64,000 nt of DNA from a virus (IMGVR_UViG_3300022719_000283:188067-252066), one strand, 5' to 3'. Positions 35,505 through 45,192 are shown, counted from the stretch's first letter. Numbers and translations are program-made. The notes: generated by a model not told the origin, from the sequence alone.

Positions 35505-36272
35505 ATGGTCGACTCCGAAAAGCTCCGCGTTCTCATCGCTGAGGACAACCCAGGGGATGTTGCAATCTTAGAGCATATTCTGGCGGGGTTGAATACAGAA
35601 TTGCGGCATACGAGATCGCTCAAGCAGCTCCGTGAAGACGGCCACATTTGGGACCCAGACGTGGTCCTGCTCGACCTTCATCTTGAGGACAGCCAGGACT
35701 TCATGGTGACGGCACGGACCGTAGTCAGTCTCTTCCCTACCATTCCCGTCATCGCCGTAACCGGGCTAGATGAAAAAGAGTTCGCCCTCCGAGCGCTTCA
35801 AGCAGGCATCTCCGCGTACCTGATCAAAGGCACGTTGTCAGGGTCTGATCTGATGAAACACATCCACGAGGCCATCGCGCGCAAGAAAGCTCAGTACCGA
35901 TCTCTTACCACAGCCGTCTCACAGGATGAACTACGCGCCATGGTCAAGGAGGCGGTGGAAGAAGCTCTGACCGATGAGCCTGAGCCCCCGACCTCAATGC
36001 GCACCGTGATCCTCGCCGTCTTGGCAATCCTTCTGTTGCTAGGGGGCACCGGTGCATGGGCCTATTTCCAGCTCGCCAAAATCGAAAAGCAACGCAAAGA
36101 GATCCATCGCAAGAGCTCCGAAGATCTTCGGGCCGAGAAGTTCCAAGAGTTCCAAGAGCTCCGTCAGGAGCATATGGACAACCGAAGGCAGTGGGAAACC
36201 GGTGGGGAAGTCGGTCCCAAGCCCAAGAAGCCACCTCGTCTTCTTCAACTCGAACAAGAACTTGCCCAGTAG
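35505..36272 (+). CDS. Response-regulator receiver-domain protein with C-terminal TM helix and coiled-coil
   Basis: RVLIAEDNPGDV...VVLLDLHL...YLIKG gives the receiver-domain Asp and Lys positions. ILAVLAILLLLGG is a TM segment, followed by a charged helical tail. Confidence 0.65.
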   Translation: MVDSEKLRVLIAEDNPGDVAILEHILAGLNTELRHTRSLKQLREDGHIWDPDVVLLDLHLEDSQDFMVTARTVVSLFPTIPVIAVTGLDEKEFALRALQAGISAYLIKGTLSGSDLMKHIHEAIARKKAQYRSLTTAVSQDELRAMVKEAVEEALTDEPEPPTSMRTVILAVLAILLLLGGTGAWAYFQLAKIEKQRKEIHRKSSEDLRAEKFQEFQELRQEHMDNRRQWETGGEVGPKPKKPPRLLQLEQELAQ

Positions 36273-36274
36273 CC

Positions 36275-37444
36275 ATGTCCGACCATTACCTCAAAGCTGA
36301 GCTCTATGATCGACTTAGCTCCGACCCCACCCTCTTCGAATGGCTTGAGGCCGGGAGCTTAGACGGTGTCTGGTTTCTCAACGTCGAAAACTTCATCGAC
36401 CAATGGTATTCGCCACGGTTCAAGAGACTTTTCGGCTACGAAGATCACGAGATCCCCAACACATTCCAGTGGTGGCAAGAAAACATCTTCCCCGAAGACA
36501 AACAACTTGCTCTGGACAGCTACTACAAACACCTCGAGAACCCCGAAAAGTTCCCCTACGACCAAATCGTCCGATACCGACACAAGAACGGCTCCACTGT
36601 CTGGGTTCGTTGTCGTGGGCTTGTTTTGAAGGAGAAAGGCAAGCCTGTGCGTATGCTAGGAGCCCACACCGACATCACTCCCATCAAGAAGGCTGAAATC
36701 GAAGCAGGCCAGCGAATTGAGGAACTTGAGACCCTGTCCGCTGCTCTTCAACGTTCCAACTACGAACTCGAGCAGTTCGCCTACCTAGCAAGCCACGATC
36801 TACAAGAACCACTGCGCATGGTGGCATCCTTCGCCAAGATGATCGACGACACGTATGGCGAAACGGGAGCCCCTCTTGATGAGCGTGGGCGCCAATGGCT
36901 CGGGTACCTGGTCGAAGGGGCAAGTCGGATGCAGATACTCATCAACAGCTTGCTCTCCTTGAGTCGGATCAAGGAACAGGTAGAGGAGATGGCATCCATC
37001 GACATGGAACAGATCATGGAAGAGATTGTCACCGATCTCGGTATCCGTATCATCGAGAAGAACGCCAAGATCCTCACCGGAGACCTACCGTCTTTTATGG
37101 GGGTACGCAGCCAAGTACGACAGGTGTTTCAAAACCTCATCTCTAATACACTTAAGTTCCATGGCGACAAGCCACCAGTGGTTCGCATCCGTGGGGACGA
37201 ACTCGATGATGGGATGGTGCGCTACACGGTTCATGATGAAGGCATCGGGATCCTCCCTTATGACGCGGGCAAGATCTTCGAGGCGTTCTATCGAGGGAAA
37301 GAAACGCAAGACATTTCGGGAAGTGGTATCGGGCTTTCCATTTGCAAAAAGATCGTCACATTACACGGCGGCACTATCCGATGCGAATCGGAACTCGGCG
37401 TGGGAACGACTTTCATCGTTACGTTCAAGGGAACAGGAAAATGA
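36275..37444 (+). CDS. Sensor histidine kinase (PAS - HisKA - HATPase_c)
   Basis: H-box LASHDLQEPLR. G-boxes HDEGIGI and GSGIGLSICKKIV. An N-terminal PAS-like segment. The start is set at the ATG just after the stop of the response-regulator gene, not at 36056 inside that gene. Confidence 0.8.
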   Translation: MSDHYLKAELYDRLSSDPTLFEWLEAGSLDGVWFLNVENFIDQWYSPRFKRLFGYEDHEIPNTFQWWQENIFPEDKQLALDSYYKHLENPEKFPYDQIVRYRHKNGSTVWVRCRGLVLKEKGKPVRMLGAHTDITPIKKAEIEAGQRIEELETLSAALQRSNYELEQFAYLASHDLQEPLRMVASFAKMIDDTYGETGAPLDERGRQWLGYLVEGASRMQILINSLLSLSRIKEQVEEMASIDMEQIMEEIVTDLGIRIIEKNAKILTGDLPSFMGVRSQVRQVFQNLISNTLKFHGDKPPVVRIRGDELDDGMVRYTVHDEGIGILPYDAGKIFEAFYRGKETQDISGSGIGLSICKKIVTLHGGTIRCESELGVGTTFIVTFKGTGK

Positions 37445-37860
37445 GACCACTGGAAATCTTACTCATCGAAGACAACGACGCCGACGTAGAGATCCTCCGC
37501 CACACCCTCGAACAGGAGAATGTGGTGCTGACGTTGTCTCGTGCCCGTGACGGGGATGAGGCGATAAGGTACCTGCGGAACAGTAACAACCCACGGCCCG
37601 ACCTCATTTTCTTGGACCTCAACATGCCGCACATGGACGGTCGTGAGGTACTAGGGGAGCTACGCGTAGATCCGAAGCTCGACCCTATCCCCGTGGTTGT
37701 CATGACCTCGAGCGAGGAAGAGAAAGACATCGTGCGCAGCTACAACCTCGGGGCCGCCGCCTACGTGGTCAAACCGCTCAAGCTCCAGGACATCGAAGAA
37801 GTCGTTCGCTCGATCAGCAAGTTCTGGCTGAGAGTCGTTCGATACCCCAACCGTAAGTGA
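37441..37860 (+). CDS. Single-domain (CheY-like) response regulator
   Basis: LLIEDNDADVEILR...LIFLDLNMP...PVVVMTSS...AYVVKP is a receiver domain. Its start shares ATGA with the kinase stop. Confidence 0.75.
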   Translation: MRPLEILLIEDNDADVEILRHTLEQENVVLTLSRARDGDEAIRYLRNSNNPRPDLIFLDLNMPHMDGREVLGELRVDPKLDPIPVVVMTSSEEEKDIVRSYNLGAAAYVVKPLKLQDIEEVVRSISKFWLRVVRYPNRK

Positions 37861-37866
37861 TTTGGC

Positions 37867-38304
37867 TTAGTCTTTCTGGTTTTGGGAGAATTGGAATTCG
37901 CCGTTGAAAACAAAGATCTCACGACCTTCGTCTTGATATAGCCGGTGACGTGTAGCGGTGTCGTTGTCTGGACCGCCGTAGAGCCATTCTTCGCCTTTGT
38001 ACAAGACGACGGCCCGATTCTGACGCAACGCGTTATACCACCGAGCCGTTTCGGAGGCCGCAAGATGCTCTCGCCAATGAGGAACCTGGGAAGCCAGAAA
38101 CTCCGTAAATTCACCTGCCAGGCAATTGAGGATGTCTGTGGCCGTGTCTACCTTGACACTGTTGCGATAGGTCGAAATCCCGGGAAGCTCTCCTTCTTCG
38201 GGAAGCTTAAATGTAACCAGAGCCCGCTGGAAACCGTCGTCCGAATCCTCGGGGACTTCGAGCTCGAGAACTACGGTCTTCTTCCAAACGCGTCGGCGTC
38301 CCAT
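37867..38304 (-). CDS. Hypothetical protein
   Basis: ORF; start set at the internal MGRRRV. Confidence 0.35.
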   Translation of the reverse strand: MGRRRVWKKTVVLELEVPEDSDDGFQRALVTFKLPEEGELPGISTYRNSVKVDTATDILNCLAGEFTEFLASQVPHWREHLAASETARWYNALRQNRAVVLYKGEEWLYGGPDNDTATRHRLYQDEGREIFVFNGEFQFSQNQKD

Positions 38305-38678
38305 CAGGACCCCTTGTTGCCAGTGGTTGCGTGCTCCTTGTGCCAGGCGATGTAACGTAGCAACTCCTGGCTGAAATCCAGACCTACTTCCTTGCTTCCT
38401 GTCGCAACGCACCGAATCGGCCCTGGGACCTTCGGATACCGTTCGTACATGTAGTGCCGCTGATCGTCCCGGCTCACTCCCTCATTCCCCATCGCACAAT
38501 CACGGATATGGAGCAGGATTCGAACCATAACTTCCGCCGCATGGAGATGCTCTTCACCCCCTACGTACATGAGAGGGCGTTGGGCAATTTGCATGATCTG
38601 AACATCGATGCTTTCAAGTGTCTCCTTGAGACGCTGAGAAGCCATGCGGTCATCAAAAGAATCGGAGCCTTCCACCAT
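38304..38678 (-). CDS. Hypothetical protein (124 aa)
   Basis: ORF; no motif. Confidence 0.4.
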   Translation of the reverse strand: MVEGSDSFDDRMASQRLKETLESIDVQIMQIAQRPLMYVGGEEHLHAAEVMVRILLHIRDCAMGNEGVSRDDQRHYMYERYPKVPGPIRCVATGSKEVGLDFSQELLRYIAWHKEHATTGNKGS

Positions 38679-38686
38679 GAATCACT

Positions 38687-38944
38687 CTACCCGCACTGGA
38701 TGCACCGGATCTTGTTCGGTGCAGGTGCTGCATCCTTGAGAGATCGCAAAGGACCGTCTTTCCGACGCCCTCCCCAGGTCAGGCCCACGTTTCCCCGATA
38801 GACCACACGCCTCACGTCCTCGTGACCACACTCGAGCTCCAAGCACCAGAAACGGCCCAGCTCGTCGTCCTGGAGATCGGCTTTCACGACACGACGGAAA
38901 GGATCCTTTCGGTGCGCTGTCATAGAATCTGATCGCGATCCCAT
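38687..38944 (-). CDS. Small Cys-containing protein (85 aa)
   Basis: CLELECGHE...CIQCG. Confidence 0.35.
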   Translation of the reverse strand: MGSRSDSMTAHRKDPFRRVVKADLQDDELGRFWCLELECGHEDVRRVVYRGNVGLTWGGRRKDGPLRSLKDAAPAPNKIRCIQCG

Positions 38945-39224
38945 TTCCTTAACCTTGACTCCTGATCAAGGAGGATCGCGGAGGGCTTCGAGCATCGCGG
39001 TCTTGAGACGACTCATCATCTCGGGACTCTCATACTGATCTGACGCGATTCCCAGCGTGCCGCAGACCGCCCCGATCACCCGCTCCATCTCCACATCGAC
39101 AGGAGGGACACGAGCCAAGCGCCGATGACGATGGGCAAAGCCCCTCCATGGTGCATTCGAAACACGGAAGATCGTGATCTGGACTTCGTCCTTGAGATCC
39201 AGGATGCGAACCGTACTCCGAAAC

Positions 39225-40667
39225 CTAGGTAATCCTAGGTGACTCGGATTCGAGGCTGTGCCGACCTCTCCTCGGGGGAGATGCTCCGGTAGTAAGCCTC
39301 CGGCCTGACGGTTCAGGCGCGGGGGGTGCCTTTCGGCAGAGTCCCGCGGGACTGGTCCTCGATCCCCTTCGGAGATCTCGGAATCGCGCTCGCAGCAACT
39401 CCCTCACGTCTCGATGGTGATCTCCAAGACCAACCTGTTCATCCTCGGAACGTCCGAGCAGATTGATCCCTCCCACCACATCAGCGTGAGACCGCCTGCC
39501 GCATGAGCGACAGACGAAATTAACTCCTGATCGGTTCCGTCGTGAGACGTAACCACAGGAAGGACAAGTCTGGGACGTGTACGCCGGATTCGCCTTGATG
39601 GTCGGCGCCTTCGTCTCCAAACTGTGGGCTAGAGCCCTGTAAGCAAATCTCTTCTGCCCTCGACAACCTCGGAGGTCGAGGTCTTCGACCACGAACACCG
39701 TGCCCTTGGGGGCATCACGAACGAGCTTGTTCGCTACCTCTCCAGTGATCGTTTTCACCATCCCCGTGAGTTTCGACTCTAAGCGGTCGAGCCTGGGGCT
39801 GTTCTCCTTCAAACCCTGTCGTTGGCGGTTGGCCCGGAGACTCCTGACGCGCTCGTAGAGCCGGTCGAACTTGGGCTTGAGTTCGGCACCAAAGGTTCGG
39901 CCGTCCGACGTGGCAGCCACCACGTTCAGGCCAACATCAACACCGATTCTGGGAGCGTCAGGTTGGGGTTCGGGGACAACCCATTCCTTCTTCTCGACCG
40001 TCTCAAACCTCCAACGTCCCCTCTTGTCCTTGCGAGCGTGAATCCCTTTCGACACGTCGGATGCGGACTTGACGTAGGGGTTCCCACACAACGGGAGCCA
40101 GATGACTTTCCTGGAGACCAAGGTGGAGATCTTGATCCACATGGGCGCCACCACGGCTTCGTCGGCGTCGGTCAACGTGCAGGTGTTCTCCGACAACCGC
40201 ATCGGGATGCGTTCGGACACCTTTGGTGGATTGCCGGAGATCTCGGTATCGAGGAGGATCGCCCAATAGGCGTTGATGGCCTCCTGAGTGACGTGTTTCC
40301 AGGGCTCTGATATCAGGTGCTTGCCGACCGTGCAGAGGGCGTATCGTTCCTCTTGGGAGATTCCCCCGAACCTGTGGAGACGAGTGATGTACTTCTTGAG
40401 GGCGCGCTCGTAGGTAGCCTTGGCCCATGTGGAGACGATTTGGATGGCGTGGTCGCGTGCGTTCTTTTGAATCTGGGAAGTGAGCCCCTCGGCTTTCGGG
40501 AAGAACGCCTGTTTCTCCGACCGCTTAAGGTTCAGGCGGTGGTTGTCGAGCATGTGCTGCACGCAGATGCGGACGTAGGACACGTACTCGACGTGTAACG
40601 CCTCCAAGGCGGCGACCTTGCCCGGATTGGTCTCCGAGTGGAGGTAGAGGTGTCGTGACTTCTTCAT
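39225..40667 (-). CDS. tnpB: TnpB (OMEGA / RuvC-like RNA-guided nuclease), IS605/IS607 OrfB family
   Basis: RuvC-I IGVDVGLN, RuvC-II VFVVEDL, zinc finger CPSCG...CRSCG, RuvC-III HADVVGGINLL. The C-terminal tail probably reads through the omega-RNA region. Confidence 0.8.
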   Translation of the reverse strand: MKKSRHLYLHSETNPGKVAALEALHVEYVSYVRICVQHMLDNHRLNLKRSEKQAFFPKAEGLTSQIQKNARDHAIQIVSTWAKATYERALKKYITRLHRFGGISQEERYALCTVGKHLISEPWKHVTQEAINAYWAILLDTEISGNPPKVSERIPMRLSENTCTLTDADEAVVAPMWIKISTLVSRKVIWLPLCGNPYVKSASDVSKGIHARKDKRGRWRFETVEKKEWVVPEPQPDAPRIGVDVGLNVVAATSDGRTFGAELKPKFDRLYERVRSLRANRQRQGLKENSPRLDRLESKLTGMVKTITGEVANKLVRDAPKGTVFVVEDLDLRGCRGQKRFAYRALAHSLETKAPTIKANPAYTSQTCPSCGYVSRRNRSGVNFVCRSCGRRSHADVVGGINLLGRSEDEQVGLGDHHRDVRELLRARFRDLRRGSRTSPAGLCRKAPPAPEPSGRRLTTGASPPRRGRHSLESESPRIT

Positions 40668-40915
40668 TCGTCTTTCGGGTCAAGTGCAGGACCATCCGGC
40701 TCAGCCATAGGCTCCCCAGGATCAAGGCTATCGTCTAATGCGTTCGCAAGGTGATCGCGTGCGCGTGTAACAAAGCCCGGCGGCTTATCCATACCATTCA
40801 ACCACTGTTGAAGTTCCGCCCAAGCCTGCACGACGTTTTGAAACTGCCGACGTGCCAGGTGATTGTCGGGCAGTTGCCGCAGATATTCTTTCATTGACAT
40901 TTCCCTATCAGCCAT
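40664..40915 (-). CDS. 83-aa ORF between tnpA and tnpB
   Basis: Its start is 22 nt after the tnpA stop and its stop overlaps the tnpB start by 4 nt (ATGA). Helical-looking composition. Confidence 0.4.
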   Translation of the reverse strand: MADREMSMKEYLRQLPDNHLARRQFQNVVQAWAELQQWLNGMDKPPGFVTRARDHLANALDDSLDPGEPMAEPDGPALDPKDE

Positions 40916-40936
40916 CGATGCCTCCTTGAATTCCGG

Positions 40937-41683
40937 TCATGCTGCTTTCTCCTTCCGTTTCTTCTTGCGGCGGTTCTCCGCGCTTCGTTTGCCGTAGATG
41001 CGGGCCGAGAAGCTCGACATCAGCGACAGCATGTCCTCCACCAACTCTTCCTCGTAACTCTTGCCCAACACGTCTTCTACCCACTCCACCTCGACACCGT
41101 GGCTCTGGAAATACGCCTGCAAGAACCCGAAGTTGAACCGGCACAGACGGTCCTTGTGCTCGACCACGACAACATCGACCTCGTGGGCGTCCACCAGCTT
41201 GAACAGCCGGTGGAGTTTTGGCCTCGTGTCCGACATGCCCGAACCTATTTCTTCAAATGCGCCAACGAGTTTGTATCCTTGACGGGCGACATGGGCGACG
41301 ACGCGATCCGACTGGCGTTCGAGATCACCCTTCTGTTTCTGGTCGTGACTGCTGACCCGGCAATAGGCAACCGCCCGAATCTCCTGGTTTTCACGCTCGG
41401 GGGATTCTCGACCCTGGAACTTCTCGACGTCGGAGAGCCGGTACTTCCGCCACCCTCCGGGCGTCCTGACGGCTTTCAAGGTGCCGTCAGCGTCCCAACG
41501 GCGGAGGGTACTGATGTGGACGCCGAGAAGCTCAGCGGTCTTTCCTGGACCCAGGAGCCTGTCCTGGGAGGAGTCCTTGGGTTTTGAAGATTTCCCGCCA
41601 CTGGTCGTGGATCGCCTGGAACTCCTTGACGGACGGGATTTTGCCGTCTTGGAAGGGGATCGGGTGCGGGAAGACTTTGCCAT
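40937..41683 (-). CDS. tnpA: IS607-family TnpA serine recombinase with N-terminal MerR-like HTH
   Basis: TAELLGVHISTLRRWDADGTL is a MerR-type HTH. AVAYCRVSSHDQK is the serine-recombinase catalytic motif, followed by a resolvase-like core. Confidence 0.8.
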   Translation of the reverse strand: MAKSSRTRSPSKTAKSRPSRSSRRSTTSGGKSSKPKDSSQDRLLGPGKTAELLGVHISTLRRWDADGTLKAVRTPGGWRKYRLSDVEKFQGRESPERENQEIRAVAYCRVSSHDQKQKGDLERQSDRVVAHVARQGYKLVGAFEEIGSGMSDTRPKLHRLFKLVDAHEVDVVVVEHKDRLCRFNFGFLQAYFQSHGVEVEWVEDVLGKSYEEELVEDMLSLMSSFSARIYGKRSAENRRKKKRKEKAA

Positions 41684-41962
41684 CTTCGGTCTCGAATTCG
41701 GTGGCGCTGACGCGAATCACCTTGATCTTGGACATCGCGTCTCTCCTTTCGTGGAAAGTATAGGCAGAAAAACGCAGCTTTGAGAAACTATACCCACGTT
41801 TCACCCGAACAGTTCAGAACCCCTCTGGGGTCCGGATTTCGATGAGCCACTGGTCCTCTACCACGCGCCGGATGGGAGCGATTTCAGTCCCGGCCCGATG
41901 GACGTGTCCCGGGCGATCCTTGCTGGGGAGGTCAACCTTCAAACGTGAAATGTAGCTGACGG

Positions 41963-42235
41963 TCATAGTCCCTTCTCCAAGAGATCGTTGACCATCTCAA
42001 GGGTGACCTTGCAGTGGGCACGATACACGACGATGTCGGGAGGCTCGAGAGGAGTCATGGGAGGTTCTTTGTCATGGAGGCCCAAAGTCAAAATACTCTG
42101 AACGCCCCACCGAAACGAGTCCCACCAACTCGGGGGCTGAGGCTCCGGGTGCGTGTCAAGCCAGTCTTGGCAGCGCTTCCTGACGCGTACGCAGAGGGCA
42201 ATATCCTCAGCGGAAAGTTCCTCGGCCTTATCCAC
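41963..42235 (-). CDS. Hypothetical protein (90 aa)
   Basis: ORF. Confidence 0.35.
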   Translation of the reverse strand: MDKAEELSAEDIALCVRVRKRCQDWLDTHPEPQPPSWWDSFRWGVQSILTLGLHDKEPPMTPLEPPDIVVYRAHCKVTLEMVNDLLEKGL

Positions 42236-42316
42236 GCGTCAAGTTGCCTTTCCAAATCGAACCCGAAATACCTCGAGAACTACCTGGCCCGGTAGGCCAA
42301 TTTGGATTCGCGGACA

Positions 42317-42784
42317 TCAGGCCGCCTTTCTACTCTGCTGCGTGATCCATTCTCGTAGAGTTTGCCAGAACCCGCCCTTGGGTTTTTCGGGCAGCTCTTC
42401 CTGGTCGGCGTAGACATACCAGATGGATGCCGGTGCCCAGGCATCATGGCCTTGAACCTGCCGGGGTCCTTTGAGCCGGAAAAGCTTCTCGGAGTGGACC
42501 CGGAGTGCGTCTCCCTCTTTCACACCAAGAAGCGCACGACCATCCCCGGGCTCCCAGGGCTTCCAGAAGTTCTGTTGGAGCATGCGTTTGTTCTTGTCCA
42601 GAATTGCAGAGGTGATCTTCAGGGCCTCCATGCAGTCACACGAGTACCCGAACTCCCCATGGCCGCACCCCCGGATATGGTGTTTCGTGTACCCGACGAT
42701 CCTAATGGAGCCGTAGTACAAGATGATGTCCCAGTCCCAGATGTCCATGTAGACCGGGCTTTCTTCTCGGTAAACCATAGACAT
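42317..42784 (-). CDS. Hypothetical protein (155 aa)
   Basis: ORF; contains HIRGCGHGEFGYSCDC. Confidence 0.4.
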   Translation of the reverse strand: MSMVYREESPVYMDIWDWDIILYYGSIRIVGYTKHHIRGCGHGEFGYSCDCMEALKITSAILDKNKRMLQQNFWKPWEPGDGRALLGVKEGDALRVHSEKLFRLKGPRQVQGHDAWAPASIWYVYADQEELPEKPKGGFWQTLREWITQQSRKAA

Positions 42785-42875
42785 TTCAACCCTTATACGC
42801 CATCTCCAGCCTGCATGGTTCTAAAGGCTGTAACCCTCCTCGCAGACCCCGTGTAGGCCAAAAGGCAGGTGATCC

Positions 42876-43097
42876 TCAGTTCTGGACGTCGTCGACCCGT
42901 TTCCGGATCCACTTGGCAGCATCCTCGTTTCCGAGCTCTTCGGCGGCATTCCCCAAGATCTTGTGCCATGCGAGCGCGGCGTCTTGGTCAGGGAGCACCT
43001 GGAAAAGTTGTTCGAGCAGCCACGTCATCTCGAACCAGATTTGGCCCTGGCGTTTCTCGACGCCTGGCGCTTCGGGGTCTTCATGGGCATCTGTCAT
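42876..43097 (-). CDS. Small hypothetical protein
   Basis: Start set at the internal MTDAHED to remove overlap with 43105-43923. Confidence 0.3.
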   Translation of the reverse strand: MTDAHEDPEAPGVEKRQGQIWFEMTWLLEQLFQVLPDQDAALAWHKILGNAAEELGNEDAAKWIRKRVDDVQN

Positions 43098-43104
43098 AGG
43101 GTCT

Positions 43105-43923
43105 CTACTCGGGCCTGAAGGATTCAAGATCTGGATGTCGAGCCGGGCCTCGCAGAAACCGGCACAACCGCTCAACGGTTTTCTCCGACGCTCCCTTGTA
43201 CTGCCGTGCCTTTTCGTCCATCGACTCCAAAGCATCGGCGAGCTGCAACCTTTGGCCTACACGGAGCTCGTGAAGTCGGGATCGCATGGTGTGGATGGTA
43301 AACAACGCCGATCGGTATTCAGGGAACCCCCATGTCGTCTGTCGCTCGACACGAAACACGGCCTGCGAAGGAAGACAAGTCTCCCACCGATCGGAATGAT
43401 CGAGTCGATCCAAAGCCATCGTGGTATGGACCCCCCAGGCAAACCGCTCAAAAGGACCGTGGTCCACCATGGCACCCACGATTTTGTTTTGCCGAGCAGC
43501 CATGGCTTCAAAATGTGCAACGGGTTCATGGACCGAAGCGAAGGTGCCACCAATCTTCTCGGCTGGATTCCACCCATTCGGAAACGACACATGCAAGTAG
43601 ACAACTCGGTTGCCATGCCCCTCTTGACGCACGATGGCCAGATCCTCCTGCACCTGCATGCCCAGACGAGCACCCATCGTCAAAGGGCGCTCGGGGTGTT
43701 CCTGGACATACCTACCTCCCACACGCAACAGGATGTCGTCAATGGCCTCTCGGTCAGCGCAAGGAGCGATATGGAGCGGAGAACGTTTCACCGCACATCG
43801 TTGTTTTGCTCGAATCTGTTCGTCAAACTCGTCGGTGATCCAAAAGAAGCACTCACGGTCCGGGTCCATCTTGCGCAGACCTGGAACAACCTCGTACTTG
43901 CCACCGCGAATCGGGAACAGCAT
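43105..43923 (-). CDS. Hypothetical protein (272 aa)
   Basis: Long ORF with enzyme-like composition; no motif assigned with confidence. Confidence 0.5.
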   Translation of the reverse strand: MLFPIRGGKYEVVPGLRKMDPDRECFFWITDEFDEQIRAKQRCAVKRSPLHIAPCADREAIDDILLRVGGRYVQEHPERPLTMGARLGMQVQEDLAIVRQEGHGNRVVYLHVSFPNGWNPAEKIGGTFASVHEPVAHFEAMAARQNKIVGAMVDHGPFERFAWGVHTTMALDRLDHSDRWETCLPSQAVFRVERQTTWGFPEYRSALFTIHTMRSRLHELRVGQRLQLADALESMDEKARQYKGASEKTVERLCRFLRGPARHPDLESFRPE

Positions 43924-43973
43924 AGCAACCTTGATTCCAGCGTAGCATTGGGGTCCCTATGAAGCATGGCGCT

Positions 43974-44513
43974 TCACGCGTGTTTCAGGATTGCGGAAAC
44001 GGTGTTTCGAAGCTTCTTTGCAAGCAGGGGTCGGTCCCGCTTTGCGTCCGTCTTCGCCTCGTCCTCCAGGACGTCGCTGAGGGCTCTCAGGAACTCAGAT
44101 CGGACCTCGGGACGCTCCAGACACGACAGCCAGTAAGACGGCTCCTGATCCCTCACACGGGCCTTATGAGGGTCTCCTATCCGGGGTCGACAGAACTGCC
44201 AAAGGCGATCAAATTTCTTGGCTATGTCGGCGTATCCAAGCAGTTCGAAGAGCTCCTGGTGGTATCGATATTCCACACGCCGAAAATCCCGAGCCAGATC
44301 ACGCATCTCCTGCTTTTTCGTGAACTTCGCGTGAAGCGCATAAACCTCCCGTCCCGCCGCTTCTCGAGTTCCACGAATTCGAGAACACTCCGTACCATCG
44401 GGGCCAAAGGCGTGCCACCCGTCTCGCTCCTTGCTCACGGTGCCCACCTCTGCACCCCGCACGAGCACCTTTGCCAACCCAGGCCGGATCGTCTGGAACT
44501 TGAACAGCTTCAA
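43974..44513 (-). CDS. Hypothetical protein (179 aa)
   Basis: ORF. Confidence 0.45.
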   Translation of the reverse strand: MKLFKFQTIRPGLAKVLVRGAEVGTVSKERDGWHAFGPDGTECSRIRGTREAAGREVYALHAKFTKKQEMRDLARDFRRVEYRYHQELFELLGYADIAKKFDRLWQFCRPRIGDPHKARVRDQEPSYWLSCLERPEVRSEFLRALSDVLEDEAKTDAKRDRPLLAKKLRNTVSAILKHA

Positions 44514-44515
44514 GG

Positions 44516-44932
44516 TCAGCGTGCTTCGTTGTGCATCTGGCTAAGAAGGCGCCCGATCTCTGTCCACCGGGCGTCGTTTGGATCGACAGCCTTCGGAAGA
44601 GACACCAACAGCTCTCCCACCTCCACAGCTTTGGTACCTGCGGCATTGAATACCGGGTTGATGTCATACGAGGCCAGGTGTCCGTACGGAACTTTGTCCA
44701 AGTAGCCTTCCCGCTGGAGGTAGGCACCACGTTCACGGAAGTGCATGTGCAGGATATCCTCGGAATCGAAGTAGAGAGACACCGTACCAATGCGAGATCC
44801 GTGACCGTTGAACTCCGGGTTCCGGCCTTGAGGCCATTGCCGGTCTATCTCGCGGAGAAAATTGCCGAGGTAGCTGTCCCCCTCGATCAAAAGGTCGGGA
44901 GGGGTCACATCGATATCGAGGGAGTTGCCCAT
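44516..44932 (-). CDS. Hypothetical protein (138 aa)
   Basis: ORF abutting the previous gene. Confidence 0.45.
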   Translation of the reverse strand: MGNSLDIDVTPPDLLIEGDSYLGNFLREIDRQWPQGRNPEFNGHGSRIGTVSLYFDSEDILHMHFRERGAYLQREGYLDKVPYGHLASYDINPVFNAAGTKAVEVGELLVSLPKAVDPNDARWTEIGRLLSQMHNEAR

Positions 44933-44967
44933 GGATCATCTTACCCTCTTGATCCTCTCGGCAGTCC

Positions 44968-45192
44968 GTGTTCCCATGGAACCGCATGTTCGACATCAAA
45001 AGCGCCTTCCGAGCTCTGAATGACACAGTCTTCTCCCCCAAGGAACTCCACAAGACGCTCGACAAGATGCGCCGAGACAACTTCCGCCTCATCCCCGTCT
45101 CCGTGGATACGAAGAGTTTCTTCCGAATCGGCGTAGAACAACGCTGGATCTGGAAGACCAAAGAAGGCGACTACCTGATTCGAGTCAGTTAG
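44968..45192 (+). CDS. Small plus-strand hypothetical protein (74 aa)
   Basis: ORF in a short plus-strand run from 44968 to 45963; no antisense competitor. Confidence 0.35.
   Translation: MFPWNRMFDIKSAFRALNDTVFSPKELHKTLDKMRRDNFRLIPVSVDTKSFFRIGVEQRWIWKTKEGDYLIRVS

Larger units (their letters stand above)
39000..41800 (-). mobile_element. IS607-like insertion: tnpA (serine recombinase), an 83-aa ORF, and tnpB with 3' omega-RNA region
   Basis: The gene content is diagnostic. Ends are approximate because IS607 elements lack clear terminal inverted repeats. The palindrome CCTAGGTAATCCTAGG sits at 39224-39239, at the tnpB stop. Confidence 0.6.

Noticed and set aside
36056-36274. Upstream extension of the histidine-kinase ORF to an ATG at 36056
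   Set aside because: The extension lies inside the preceding response-regulator gene and reads as low-complexity R/S-rich sequence. The ATG at 36275 follows the regulator stop directly.
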